A DNA stretch of 49,843 nucleotides, filler included, from Basidiobolus ranarum (GCA_040143965.1; 2 parts of 2 records of this genome joined end to end with filler, not necessarily neighbours in it); one strand, 5' to 3'; counted from the first letter of the whole stretch, positions 18,774 to 31,939 are shown. Notes: generated by a model from the sequence alone, not told the origin. Translations and numbers: made by a program.

Positions 18774-20274
18774 ATGTCCAGACCCGCAGTTCCTCTTGAT
18801 AGTAACTTGTATCGCATTGCTAACCGTGCCAACGAATATTTTTCCAAAGCTTTATATAAGGATGCCGCTAATGAATACACCAAAGCGCTAACTCAAACAG
18901 CACCTGATTATGCCACAGTGGAATCTGAACTTTCTGAATTCGTCGCCTTGTTATTATCAAAAAGGGCTGCTTCTTATTGTAAATTGGAACAATATGATCA
19001 AGCTTTAAAGGATGCTATTGCTGTTACTCAATTAAAGCCAGAATGGAGTAAGGTTAGTCATATTAGAGGTATAATCTCATCGTATGGGGGAACTAGAGTA
19101 TTTTTTCAGGGGTATTTTCGCATGGCAGAAATTTTTCTTGCTCAACAGCAGTTTATCGAAGCCATAGCTTATTATGATAGAGCCTCAAATTACGTAAGTG
19201 GTTACTCTGAGAAACAATTCTAGGATTATTACTTACATGGTTCGATAGGATGCAGAAGATGTTGAGATTCGTATTGGAAAAGCCAGAGCAAAAAATATGA
19301 AGGAAGAAGACGATAAAGGTAAGTTACTTTCAAATAATTTTGAGACAGCAGCTTCTTATGTTAGCTCATTGTCTCCTTAGGCTTCATCTCAATTCAACTT
19401 CTGGCTGGTCGTGATATTGCGAACACATCCTCATATAATCCTATCCAGAATAAGATATTTGAATATGCAACGGAGATGCGCAACTTCATCTATCTCGTTG
19501 CTGACAAAGAGACTCGAGAATGTATTGTGATTGATGCTGTATGTGATTTATGCTCCTATAATATGCTACCACAAAAGTCGTACTAGTGATTAACGTTTAT
19601 TACTTAAAATTAGTGTTGGGATGCCACAGGAATCATAAGTATTATTGAGAAGCACAAACTCAAACTAGTAGGAGCTGTAGTATCGCACTATCACTTTGAC
19701 CATGTGGGTGGTGAGTTTTCTTCAAGTCCCTCATCATTCTGAAATTCGCAATATTCTTACAAAATCGTATGCGACAGGATATCCACCGCCTCCCTTCGAT
19801 CAACTTCCCATTCGGGTTTCTGGGCTCGCTACTATCCTTAAACGCTGGCCACATGTTAAAGCTTATATCCATAGTGCAGATATCAAGTATCTTCGAGAAT
19901 CTAACCCTGGAGTGGAAATTGAACGAATTATACCAACTTGTCACAATTTTACGCTTAAGTTGGGAGACAAGACTACCCTCTCGTTTATTCACACGCCAGG
20001 ACACACACCCGGCAGTCAGTGTATCTTCGTCAATGAAACGCGACTTTACTCCGGGGATACACTGTTCTTGGGCCATTGTGGAAGGTTGGATTTGCCAGGC
20101 GGTTGCAAGCATGAGATGTATGATACGTTGCAGAGTGTATTACGTCAGTTACCAGACGACGTGGTAGTCTATCCAGGTCATAATTATGGAGGGGCGTGGA
20201 CTACGATCGGTCAAGAGAAATGGTATGGGGTATTAAAAGAAATCTCTAGGGAGAAGTTCGAGGAGTCACGGTAA
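18774..20274 (+). CDS. TPR-repeat plus metallo-beta-lactamase-fold (glyoxalase II-like) fusion protein
   Basis: N-terminal TPRs (ANEYFSKALYKDAANEYTKAL; RAASYCKLEQYDQALKDA...KPEWSKGYFR) splice in frame to an MBL domain with NFIYL, DACWD, SHYHFDHVGG (HxHxDH, 19686-19703), HTPGHTPGS, SGDTLF, VYPGHNY. Intron 19711-19777 lies inside ORF 19696..20274. Confidence 0.85.
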
Positions 20275-20502
20275 ACTCAATATTACAGACCAAGTGAGCT
20301 CTTCCTGTACAATATATCTTGATTTTCTTATCTGTATGTCTCGTAGTAATGTCATTACTTGTCTATAACACTAAATCAAACAACTTTTGTGTACCAAACA
20401 AATCTGCCATAAACATATGTTTGAAAATGTTCCTGGAAGCCCATGAAGAGGATTGATTTTATTAAAAAATGTATAGCAACGACAAAAGTAAAATGTACAA
20501 AA

Positions 20503-21246
20503 TTATTTAACTGGGGGTGGGGCACTGAAAGGATTAAGTGGATTAGCCACAGGTGCTCTCATATAGGAAGCTTCCATCATATCAGTGAGTGGACGCTCAT
20601 TCTTAAAGAAGAATTGAAGAGAGAATTGTTTACTGTCAGGGTCCCAGTGAGTAAAGAACTTTCCTTCGCCTTTATCAATTTCGCGACTTTGAACCTTGAA
20701 AGCAATGGTTTCATATGGCTCTGCAGCGAATAATAAGTATTGATATAATCTATTTGGTGGCTCGATGCGTTGTTCGTAAGCGGACATAAAACGATGACGA
20801 GGATTTACTTCAGTGCCAACCTCGGGATATTGAATCTGAAAGAGTAATCCGAATTGACGAGTAACGGGATCTCTTACTTTAGTAACTTTGTAACCAGGAC
20901 GACCGATTTTGATGACATTCTTCTTGATCATGATTTGAGGCTGTGCGATCAGCCCTGGTTGAGCTCCAGATTCTTTGGCTTCTCTTGCCGCGCGTCGAGC
21001 CAAGTTGGTTTGATGCTTTTTTCCTTGAGTATGGGCAAGATAACTACCTTCGTTTGTATGAAGGGTTAAACAAAGTTTACATTCATATGAACCCAAATGA
21101 TTTTTCATAAAATAGGGATCCTTTGCCAAATCGATCGTTTCCAAAGCAAGTTTTCGTAAACGTTCTCTTCTATCCACGTTGGATTCTGAGTGTCCTGCTA
21201 CACCGGCAGAGCCAGGTTTAGAGCCAGCGCGATTCTGAAAATCCAT
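20503..21246 (-). CDS. SF3A2: Splicing factor 3A subunit 2 (SAP62/Prp11)
   Basis: Intronless 247 aa with MDFQNRAGSKPG, RRERLRKLALETIDL, zinc finger CKLCLTLH...HTQGKKH, KIGRPGYKV, FMSAYEQ, AAEPYETIAFK. Confidence 0.97.
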   Translation of the reverse strand: MDFQNRAGSKPGSAGVAGHSESNVDRRERLRKLALETIDLAKDPYFMKNHLGSYECKLCLTLHTNEGSYLAHTQGKKHQTNLARRAAREAKESGAQPGLIAQPQIMIKKNVIKIGRPGYKVTKVRDPVTRQFGLLFQIQYPEVGTEVNPRHRFMSAYEQRIEPPNRLYQYLLFAAEPYETIAFKVQSREIDKGEGKFFTHWDPDSKQFSLQFFFKNERPLTDMMEASYMRAPVANPLNPFSAPPPVK

Positions 21247-21761
21247 CCTCTTTACTTTTTATTTTCGAAGACTTTGGAGTGAATTACGTTAAAACACTAA
21301 GCTCGATCGTCAACCTAACTATCGTGCAAGGTTTTCTTCAAACAAAACACGTTACGCTATTGAGAGTCCAATGATGAATCCTGCAGTCATGTGATTAGGG
21401 GCATTGATTTTTTCACTTTTTTTTAGGTCAAGTGTGGAATCGATTTCCGATATTGAGGGAGAATTGGAATAATTTAGATTGACTTGTAATCACACAAGAT
21501 CGCCACTAGGTTGAGCAAGTCCAAGATATTGACCATCATTAGAATAACTACATATTGTTTAAAACTCTCAATCCAAGGAATTCCTATATTTTTAGATTGT
21601 ATGTAGTCAAATTTGGTAACAGATTCTATCAGCCCAGTTTTTAATTTAATAGTGGTCAGGCTTAGAGTCAGAGTGCTTAACGAACCAAACATTTTGGCTA
21701 CTGTAGCTCTTATACCTCGCATATTTGGGTATATTCTTAACGCTTTATCTGTGTGTAAGCA

Positions 21762-24700
21762 ATGGCTACTCCTATTAGAGACGAGGATGTACCTCGTCTC
21801 TTCGAAGAGCTCTTGGTACGTTCGTCTAACTTTACTAGGACATAAGGTTTTAGGAATACTAAGCAATAGGTTTGATGAATAGAATGAGATGGGGCTTGAT
21901 GATTCCAAAAAGGCTCCTCTTAGGATGCTTTCAGTTCAGCACAAAAAGAATATGCTTACAGCACAGAAAGATTTAAAAGCACAAGATGTACGTCATAACT
22001 TTAAAACTTCTAACGTTAAACGAAAACAGGCTAATTTTCAAGGATATTTAGGCAAGAAATCGGCGCTCAGGACGTTTTGATAGCATGCCTGAATTTTATA
22101 TTCGTAAACTAACCGAAGTGGATGTTCGGTATCTTTCAGTAAAAGACCTATCCTCGTTACGGGTTTCTTTGACCACTCAATCCCTAACGTAGGTACTTAC
22201 TAGAGAAGTTTAAAACGAAAGGTCTAACTGACAAACTATTTTTTCAGGTGGGTGAACCAATTCATACAGTCAAAAGGACTTCGACTGCTCTCAAATATCC
22301 TAGTTTCACTCAGTCACAAGCAAAAAAGGTAGCCTCATATTAAACCTTCGCCTAGCGAAGAAGTCGGTTTATTGACGACCATTTTTCTAGATCAAATTCA
22401 GACAACCAGATAGAGCATGAAGTTGTGCGTTGTTTAAAGGCGTTGTTTAACACTAAAGTAATTTTAGCGATTTATATCTTTAGCTTTGCTTTCCTATTTA
22501 ACTTATGCTCATTCTTGATAGTGTGGAATCCAAGACGCCTTGAATCAACCTAGATCTGTCACCAACCTTTGTTTCTCGCTGGATTCTCCACTTCTTAGTA
22601 CTCGAAAATTGGTAGTGGAGGTGATGATTTTCTTGTGCCATTACGAATTACCGGTTGGACTCAATCATGTGCTGAAAGGAATACAGACGGTGGAGCAGGC
22701 GCGCAAAGAGTACGAGCCGTTTGAGGCTTGGTTGAGACCTTTTGAATCGACTATTGATGGTCGTGGACGAATGGGTTCCCTATCCAGCTCTATCCAGCAT
22801 AATGATCACGACATTGTGGATTACACCGTAAGTAATTGATACTTCTCACCACAGTACTGTTTCTAACGCCTTTCATCTAGTTATCCAATTTGATCCTGCT
22901 CAACAGTATTGTTGGAAACTGCAGCGAAATAGAGCTAAGGATTCACATCAGAACCCAGATGAACGCAGCTGGTCTTCGTCGAGTCATTCGAGTATGTATT
23001 TATGTTCCTGATTCTAAAGTTCCACCGCATTAGCCTTACAATTGTTTATGATAGAAAGTAAAAACGTTTAGCAGCGAGGCCATAAACCTTCAGGTTTCTA
23101 AATATCTTTTCGAAGCGGAGCAAGATCTCTTGTATTTAATGGATGAGCACCCAGCAGAGGTTGATGATTCCTCTTCTATTATGGCGCCTTCATTGCCCGA
23201 TACTTCCGATCCGCTGGCCTTATTTCAAATGCTTCTATCTTCAGTTGAGCACACTCCTTGCTATAACCATTTCTTATCCATCCTACAGCATATGATTATG
23301 ATTCCTTCAGATCCTATAACCAAGTACGTAATACTCTAAATATCGCTTTTGTCCCATACTAATATTAATCCTTCCACAGGCAAAAGTTCTACAAATTGAT
23401 TGATAAGCTGGTGATGCAAATTATTCTTGACGATTCCGGAATGCCGCAGGATCTCTCGAGTGTATATGGTGTTTCTGTTGGTAATATCCTTTCTCGTTTC
23501 GGAAACGAAGACAAAATCGACGAATTGCAGGAAGAACTTAAAAATGCTAGGGTTGAAGCAGCAGAGGCCAACAAGAAGCGCACTGATATCGAGATGGAGC
23601 TCGGGATGATCAACGATGGTCTTTTTGGTAACATGAAGACGAGAATAGCTTCTCTTGAGGATATGTTGGTCATGTCACGAAACACAGTTGAACTTCAGAA
23701 GAGTCAGATTATTCAGTTGACTGAAGAGCTGGAGCGGATGAAATCTGGTAATTCGGGAGTACAGCATACAGCTCTTCCGTTGTTGGCATTTCCCACTGCG
23801 TTTTCGTTCCCAAATCCCGAAGATTACATGCCTTCATCTAACCACCAAAATAGTGGAGTAACTCCTCAAGACACATCCGAAAATTACTGGGGTTCTTCCA
23901 TCGTGTCAATGCCAAAGCCAGATTTGATCTATAATGCTGGGCCTACAAATTTCTCCAATAACGATGGTAACTCGGGACCAACGTCGCCCTTATACACCAC
24001 GTCGTTCCCTCAATTAGGGGGAGGATCCTCTGAGGCCTCTCTGCCTATCGTTCCACCCGAGTCACCTTATTCCTCCACCTTCCCCCACTATACTGGAGGC
24101 CTTTCTCCAGTCTCACCAGGTATGTCATTTCATATATTTTTATCACTAGTAAATTTAATTTATATTTATATCATGATTAGCTTCACATACCGATTTTCCT
24201 GGACAATATCATAATTCTCCATATCATTCAAACACTTCTCCAGTAGCTCCCGTAGCACCAGTGGCCTATGAGCCCATTGGGTCTGGATATGCTAGTGATT
24301 ATTATGGTGGCCATGGTGGTGCACCTCCGATGCCATACATCCCTCAGATTGGAGGGTATCCATTTCCCACTCTACCAAACCAAAGCTACGACTATAACCG
24401 ATATGATTGGAATCCCCCTTATAACCCCAATTCTTATGACAATTACGGCCCTCCGCCACCTATGCCTCAACCCGGACAGCAATTCCCGGGACATTATCTG
24501 CCAAGTATAGATTCCCGAATATCCGCTGGAACATCGGAGATGCCATATTATGATCCTATGTCTCCGTCTCTTCCACTACCACTTCCGCCTCGACCTCCTA
24601 CTAAAACCCAACCAGACTCACAAACTGAGGTTTCTCTAGATCAACATGGCGTTCTACCTGAAAACCCCAATGAGATGTCGCAATCTCACAATAGTACCCC

Positions 24701-24902
24701 AGATGTACTGAAGCCACCTTCTGAGAGTCAGATTCCACCGACTCCTTTACCTGAATCATCTGATATTGCTCCTCCGCCACCACCACCCCCTCTTATTGAT
24801 TTATTGAGTAGAAAGTTGACATTTATAGTTTTGTCAAGATGTAAACAAACTAACATGTAGAATATGTTAAGGAAGGTCCTAGGAACATGTGTGCAAAGTT
24901 TG
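21762..24902 (+). CDS. Diaphanous-related formin N-terminal part (GBD/FH3, coiled coil, Pro-rich FH1-like), truncated by the assembly gap
   Basis: Tentative exon 1 MATPIRDEDVPRLFEELL spliced to NEMGLDDSKKAPLRML. FH3 motifs LRVSLTTQSLTWVNQF, EVVRCLKALFN, RKLVVEVMIFLC, IDGRGRMGS, RIHIRTQMNAAGL, HFLSILQHM, then PPPPPPP near 24770-24790. No FH2 domain before the Ns. Confidence 0.8.
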
Positions 24903-25002
24903 NNNNNNNNNNNNNNNNNNNNNNNNNNNNNNNNNNNNNNNNNNNNTTAATTAATTAANNNNNNNNNNNNNNNNNNNNNNNNNNNNNNNNNNNNNNNNNN
25001 NN
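24903..25002. other. Assembly gap/linker: 44 N + TTAATTAATTAA + 44 N
   Basis: Exactly 100 bp with a central palindromic 12-mer (24947-24958) that places stop codons in all six frames, typical of an artificial contig joiner. Confidence 0.95.
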
Positions 25003-25770
25003 ATAGTCTGTAAACATAAATATATATGTTACATGTAATTTACGACTATTAGGGTTGGGGTTGGGGTAGATATCCCGTAGTATTAGCTATTATCATCAGG
25101 CAATAGATCAACATTCTATCAAACCAGAAAGGCAATGACTCAGTATGCGTTATATACATATATATATCACTCAATCAATACGAAATACTGGCCATGTTGC
25201 TAGCAAATGTATTGTTTTGTTCCGATTGATTTGCATGTTCATTAGATGTCTCACCATGCTTTTACATACCTCATCAGGTAAACTCGAATTGTTTGCAACC
25301 AATCAAAACACTCTTCGCAAATAAACTCTTTCGGAGGACTGTTTGCATGCGACTGTTTGTATGCACCATCTAAACTGAAGCTTAGTGAGATTTAAGTCGT
25401 GCCATTCCGGTGCAGTTATTCTCTTTTCCTCATTTACTATTTTTCCTAAGAATACATTATATTGTTTGAGTATTCGCCGAAAGTGATTATTCCGAATAAT
25501 ATAACTGCTATTTCTCATGATAACTTGCCCATTGAAATTCTTGCATTTCCATTTAGCTTTAAGTAGCACGATAGCCTTCTTTACTAATCCTCTTTGAGTA
25601 CCATATCACGCATCTTCATATATATCTGCTACTTTACTAGAGTATTGAAGCCATATTACACCCAAGTATCCCTTGCTCTTATAAAAACATCCTAGTATTT
25701 GCAACTACATCGTCTGCTCTGCATATTATCTATTTTTTATTGGTTTCTATCCTATTTTACAAGCATTTCA

Positions 25771-28700
25771 ATGGAAGAATTGATTTTGCCACCATCTCTT
25801 CCGTCTTTCATCTCCAAGCCCAAAGCTGCCTTTTCTTTCCCAGTTAATGGTAAGTCATATTCATTTGTAGTACCGAACTCTTTGGTATCTTTACTTATCG
25901 ATCGATTGCTGTAATTTTAAAGGTGAGGAGGAATGCAGAAAGAGTCCAACAAGCCCAAATTCTAGTAAATTAAAGCGTACGGTTGCTATACGGATGTTGA
26001 GAAATCCAAACCTTGGCAAAGAAGAGAAACCATCTGATAGAGAGTCACCTTTAGCTTTAAGACGTTCTGCATCTCTAGATAACCGAAAAGAGCTTACAGA
26101 TGACCTTCTCGTATCAAAAAACTCCAAATATAAAGATACACCTCTAAGAAGATCTCGTTCTTTTGCTGACACATTCGATCAGCCGCATATTATGCTAGAT
26201 CCAACACCCTGTGAGGTGACTACCAACCAAAAGCCTATGCCAAAAAAGTCACTACGTAGGAAGAAAGGTTTAGGTAAAGTGATATCATTGATCCTTAACT
26301 GTAAGTACCTTATAACTGATCTCTTTCTGTACAGTCTTAAACAAACGAATTTCAAGCAGTATACGTCGTGACAATGTGAGAAATGAAAACCATGTGATTG
26401 ATTGGAAGTCTCTTGCTGACTCTTACGACGACTATCATAGTGATAGTGAATCCTCTAAAGGGAGCATAAAATCAGCAAAGATCCGTAGTGATACGACAGA
26501 ATCTAATAACCGAGCCACCTTAACACCTCGAAGATCGAGATCCTTTAATGTTACAACCCAACGCTCTAACAAAAGTCATACATCATTATCACGAACACTG
26601 TCTACTCGTGAACAAAACCGAATTCATACCGAAAAGATTGGTATTTGGTCAAAGCGCTTTTTTGCTGACCGTGAGCCTTCCGCAGAACGGATTTCCGGAA
26701 TTTTAAAGAGTTGGACTACCAATAGTACGTCCTCCGTCTATTTGTCTAGTGTTGAGATGGAAACTGAGGCTGAATCAGACGATGAATCAGCTACTAAATC
26801 TCCTAAGAACTTCATCAGAAAGATGAGACACCTTAAGCCACGTGTGAGTAAGATACTAGTGCGCTATCCTAGATCAAAAACTATGAGCTGCGCAGAAGAA
26901 TCGGGTGAACCTTCAGCAATTCAAACAGTTGACAATGAAGGTTTATTTCCACCTGGAAAGGAAATCAAAATCAACAGAGTGCAGTTGAACATCAGAACTT
27001 CCATGGAAATGAGATTGACTAAAGAAAAACTCTGTAAAGTAGTTGTCGAGGGTGTAAATCAATCTATTACTGAGAAAGATCCTGAAACTCCATCCAACTC
27101 GGTGATACCAGAGATTGACAGATATCCTCAGCTTACGACAGATCTAAGTATGGAATTATGTGAAGAACCCGAGAATATGCCCAGTTTATCTACTTCTACT
27201 ATAGTAGATGGTTCCCTGCCCAATGCACCATCTCAGTCAAATTTATCTCCGGTGGACCAGGAGGAGTATTCTCAATCACCGCTCTCGCTTTCAGATGTTG
27301 GACCATCTTTCTTTTTGACTGCATTTTCTGATCGCTTAAATCTTCCGTTGGTAAATGAAAACTCGGTAGAACTAACCCAAAACACGAATGCGTTTAATAC
27401 TTTATCTTCCAAAGAAAAAAGTAGCGTCGAAACATTTGCTTCCGTTGAGACTGAATCTGACTTTTCTCCCAGCTCTCATCTGGGGCTTAACTCTTTGGAA
27501 TCAATCCCTCCAACAAGTGAAATTTATATCCCAGATAATAATGCTTGTGTTACTTCGCCTGCATTGGGAATAGAAGTCACAAACAAAATGGATTCCAAAT
27601 TAGAAATTAAAAATCTAACCTTAGATAGCAGCAACCGGAAATTTATTCAACGCGGGTTTTTAGGTAACTTGCGAGTCGATAGTAACATCCGAATCACAAC
27701 CAGTGCCACACTCAAAGCTCATACCAACTCTAACAAAATCATTCCCATCAAGAGCGCAACCTTTGCGAAAAACAATGTTTTCAAATCATCGCGAACTCAA
27801 TATGATAGTGATCAACTGCTCGAAAAGCAGGGTAAATCCAAGTCATCGGGAGAGAAAAGGGACGTATGCAAAACATTTAGTAACTTTCCTATACTGAATT
27901 CAGTAACTCCACTAGCGAATGAGCCATCCATATCGCGCAAAATAACACTACACGGTTTTACATATCAAATAGTCAACAGCAACGCCGTCAAACATCGCTA
28001 TCTCTTTTTATTCGATGATTTATTGGTGGTCACGAAACCAATTAGTAAAGAGGAGAATCGACATCTCGGACTTCATTCCCGCTTCTTAGTTAAGCACTGC
28101 ATCAGGACGAACTCGATTCACTTTAATGGAACTCGTGAACGAGTAGTTAAGAAGAACGAGAATAAATCCAAGAAAATAGAAGGAGAGCCTCATCCGATAT
28201 TTACGAATGCAGTTCGTAAATTTGAGAGCAACCCACAGACTGGCCTCATGTACATGATTGATAAAGCAACCTTGAAATCCGACCCAAATAGCATTGCCGG
28301 GTTTTTGCACAAGACACCGGAGTTGAGTAAGAAGCAGTTAGGAAGATTTTTGGGGATGGAGTGCAACCACGCCGTTTTAAATGCTTTCTTGGATAAATGC
28401 AAACTTTCCGGACTGAGAATTGACGATGCTTTGAGAGTATTTCTGGCGTCTTTTCGACTTCCGGGTGAAGGGGCTATAATCGACTATCTGGTTAGCACGT
28501 TTGCAAAACGCTGGCATAAAGCCAATCGGAATAGAATTGATTTTGACGTGGATACGTCTGTCAAGCTTTCATTCTTCATGATGGCATTGAATGCTGACCT
28601 ACACAACAAGAAGCGATCGTTGCGTGGTAAACTGGAGCTGCAGGAGTTTCTGACAAGATTTCAGGACTCCAACTCTGCCCTAGTAAATATTGCTGAAGAT

Positions 28701-29297
28701 TTGCTGACAGAAATCTACACATCTATCCGCAAAGACAAACTGGAGACGGCAGTGGATGAAGCAGCCTCAACGCTATCCATATCAGTGACGTATCCGGACA
28801 CTCAGCATCTGGGAGTAAATGAGTCGATAGAAATTGTAGTGGAGATCCCAGCACCTGACAAGAATTTCCGAATTAAGCCAATTGGTGATGGCTTGACGTG
28901 CGAGCCTAAGGTGTTGAACTTTATCCAAAGTAACCAGCAAACACTCAAAATCAGCTTCAATTCGGCTGGCCGGAAAAGTCTGACCTTAATCAAGCTGGGC
29001 TCACGTGGCAGGAAATACTCCAACATTCCCGGACGTGTGTTCATGATGGAACCCAATTATATGAAACACTCAATATTGCTGACTTTCCCGGCGGAAAAAA
29101 CCGACAAAAAGTTTTTATTTGGCTTTGCGAATCGAACCACCCGTGATCGCTGGTCGGAAGGGTTTTCCGGTATCAAGCCATCTGGAGACAGGTCACTAAG
29201 AAAACAACCAACCTCGAGAAACGAGTATGTCGAAGAGCTTTCAACCTGGACCGGCTACGACTTGGTGGAATATCTGACTAAATGTCCAAAGCACTAG
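25771..29297 (+). CDS. Sec7-domain Arf guanine-nucleotide exchange factor with long disordered N-terminus and PH-like segments
   Basis: Exons 25771-25849, 25923-26273, 26335-29297 are in frame. Sec7 motifs IAGFL...LSKKQLGRFLG, IDDALRVFLASFRLPGEGAIIDYL (Glu finger), LSFFMMALNADLHN, LLTEIYTSI. Confidence 0.85.
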
Positions 29298-29911
29298 GCT
29301 ATATTTACTATTAACAATAAGTGACTATATATATTCCATGTCCAACTCCCTGCCATAGAGGAATTATTACATGTTAATTCTCGGCCATAGAAGAATCATC
29401 CAATAAATAAGAAATACATCACAAAGACTGCTTCTGCTCTTGCCTGAATCATTTCAATCCCATCGAGCAGATCATCCATGTTGATTTAATGGATGCTTCG
29501 ATGCACAACTCACATTGTACACAAACATCGCCTTCTGTCGCATACATAAGCCTCTGTTTTACTCGCTTCCCTCACTTCCATCCAGAAATCTGTTCATCGC
29601 CAATTTAGCGTTATCAATTACCAAAACCAACCATCCACCTGGATTGGCCAACTATATATATATAAATATTTAAACCACCACTTCCTTCACTCACACATAT
29701 CGGCTCATCGTCACCAACCTAATTGGAGCTGGAAGCCTCATTAATTTCATCTCTTTTTTTCTGGTAAATAATGGATTGCCTGCTCTACCAATCATGCGAT
29801 GTTTAGAACTAACCTTGCTCAATTCTATTGGTATTTTGCAACTGGCCATTCGAACATAATTATTAGACAGAAGCGTTAGAAAAATCTACCTTGGAGGATA
29901 CTCTTTTTACT

Positions 29912-31579
29912 ATGTTCAACTTTTTAACAAGTATAACAATACTTGCAGTTTTGATTAATTTCATAGAATCCGGTTAGTTCTTCACAATACATAACACTCG
30001 ACTCATTTCGTAGTTAACCTTCCTTTCTTGACCAGCTTGTTTTTATGCGACCGATCCGGGTTGGTATGCTACTTCGAAATATCATTACCAGTTATCTGTG
30101 TGTCCTACCCAGTCCGAAAGTACTATTCTAAGTACCATCACTTTCCCAAGTCAGTACAAAGTAGAGACTTCACCCAGTGAGTGCAAACCAAATGGAGACA
30201 ATAGTTTTGAATGTAACAGTTCTGGAGATTTTATGTCTTTCGATTTATTCACACCTGATAATCTTAATGGTAAACCAAGTGTCACCGTTTTGGTTGAGAA
30301 AGAACTATGTGAATTCGCGACCTCTTGTTCAGCCGTTAGTAGTAAAAAAGACGATAGCGAAAGCAAAGACAATGGAATGATCAGCTTAGGTCCATTTGGA
30401 ACCTATCCTAAACCTGCCGCAATTGGTGGATTATGCGCATTTTGTTGCGTGATATTAATTGGTTCATATTTGGTATATAGAAGAAGTAGAATGTATAGTA
30501 GAAGAAGATCGGACGAACCAACCGAACGTAGAAATTTATGGCAATGGGTATGCGGCAGTAGTCGAAGACAAACTGGTAGTAGATTTAACAAACGTAATGT
30601 CGCTAATTCCAAGAAAATGAATACCGGAAATGTCGTATCCAAGAGGAATTTAAATTTACACCTAAATTTGGAGGAGGGAAATTCCAATTTACAACCTAAA
30701 AAACTCGATACTTTACCACTAGAGAGATTCTCGATTAATGAGCTGGGCTCAGGGGTGAAAAATATTCCTAGTTCTTCAGTTTTGCTCAATTTAGACGATG
30801 CCGTTCAGAAACCCTCACTGTCCGTAAAGAAAACAACCCATGTTCGTCGCGAACCCAGCACCAAAATTAGAAGTAAAGTTCATGAAGCAAAGTCTACCGA
30901 AAAACCCACTAGCTCGAAAACAATGAAACGAACTAAAGCAGCTCCGCATCCAATCGAAGATAAAACTGAGCATAGTTCCAAGCAACATCCCACAATCGCC
31001 ACTTCCTCTGAACAAGATAAATCACATCCATCGACAGCGAAAGTAAGCAGGTCCAAGACTACTAGGGATAATGTGAGATCTCAAAACCCTGCTCGTGAAC
31101 CTCAACGGTCAAGTACCACTAAAAGAAATAATCTAGAAAATCGACGTGTGACCAGTAACGATGACGATAAGCCTCTATCTCGCAACAAAAGTATAAAATC
31201 TTCTCAAAGCTATGATTCGGATAATACTCCACTTAAGCTCTACAAATCTAAGAGCGTCTCTACCAAACCTCGTAAGATTGAGGTGGATGAGAGATCTATT
31301 GATAGTAAGGATAATACTCCGTTGGGATTGATAGGACATAGTAAGTCCGTGAATGTTAGCAAGCCTACAAGTAACGTTCTTTCTAATAGTCAGCCTGACT
31401 CACCAGGCGATGATGATTTACCTTTGTTACACCCAACTCTAATTAAGCTGCGGGCTGCTCAGGAAAATACTCTTTTGCGCGATAGTAATGGTGCTTCCAC
31501 ATCTTCAAAAGAATCCTCAGTTGAGGATTTACATTACAGCGAAGAGATATTTGATATGTATAAAAACAACCATCAGTGA
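29912..31579 (+). CDS. Unknown type I single-pass membrane protein (signal peptide, Cys-containing ectodomain, TM, long basic Ser/Thr-rich tail)
   Basis: Exon 1 29912-29972 (MFNFLTSITILAVLINFIES) splices in frame to 30036. TM segment AAIGGLCAFCCVILIGSYLVY is followed by RRSR. Confidence 0.7.
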
Positions 31580-31939
31580 GCTCTTGTAAGTAGCTCTTCC
31601 TACATGTACCTTTTTTGTTTATCCATACCCTTCATCCCATCACCAAGTTTGTTGTATATTTTTCACATTGTTCTTCATAAATAAATAGCTATATGATAAG
31701 CTTAAAAAGAATGAGTAAATATCAGTAAATAATCGACGAAATATTTGGAATAGTGGGAAAATTGAACTGTCATGACAATTAAGAGCAAGCTACGTAATTT
31801 GCTCAATCGACAGATTCAATGATGCATATATAGTTACCGCGTAACCAGAAAAGTAAACCATTTCTTTTATCGCGAGTTGAAGTGTTTATACTTGAAGCGA
31901 ATAAGTCACCTACGTCGTCATTAACGTAGAAATCGCAAG

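Noticed and set aside
21474-21908. 144-aa minus-strand ORF
   Set aside because: Antisense to the formin first exons and promoter, with no recognisable domain. Likely spurious.
24947-24958. Perfect palindrome TTAATTAATTAA
   Set aside because: Centred within N runs. It is an artificial six-frame-stop linker, not biological.
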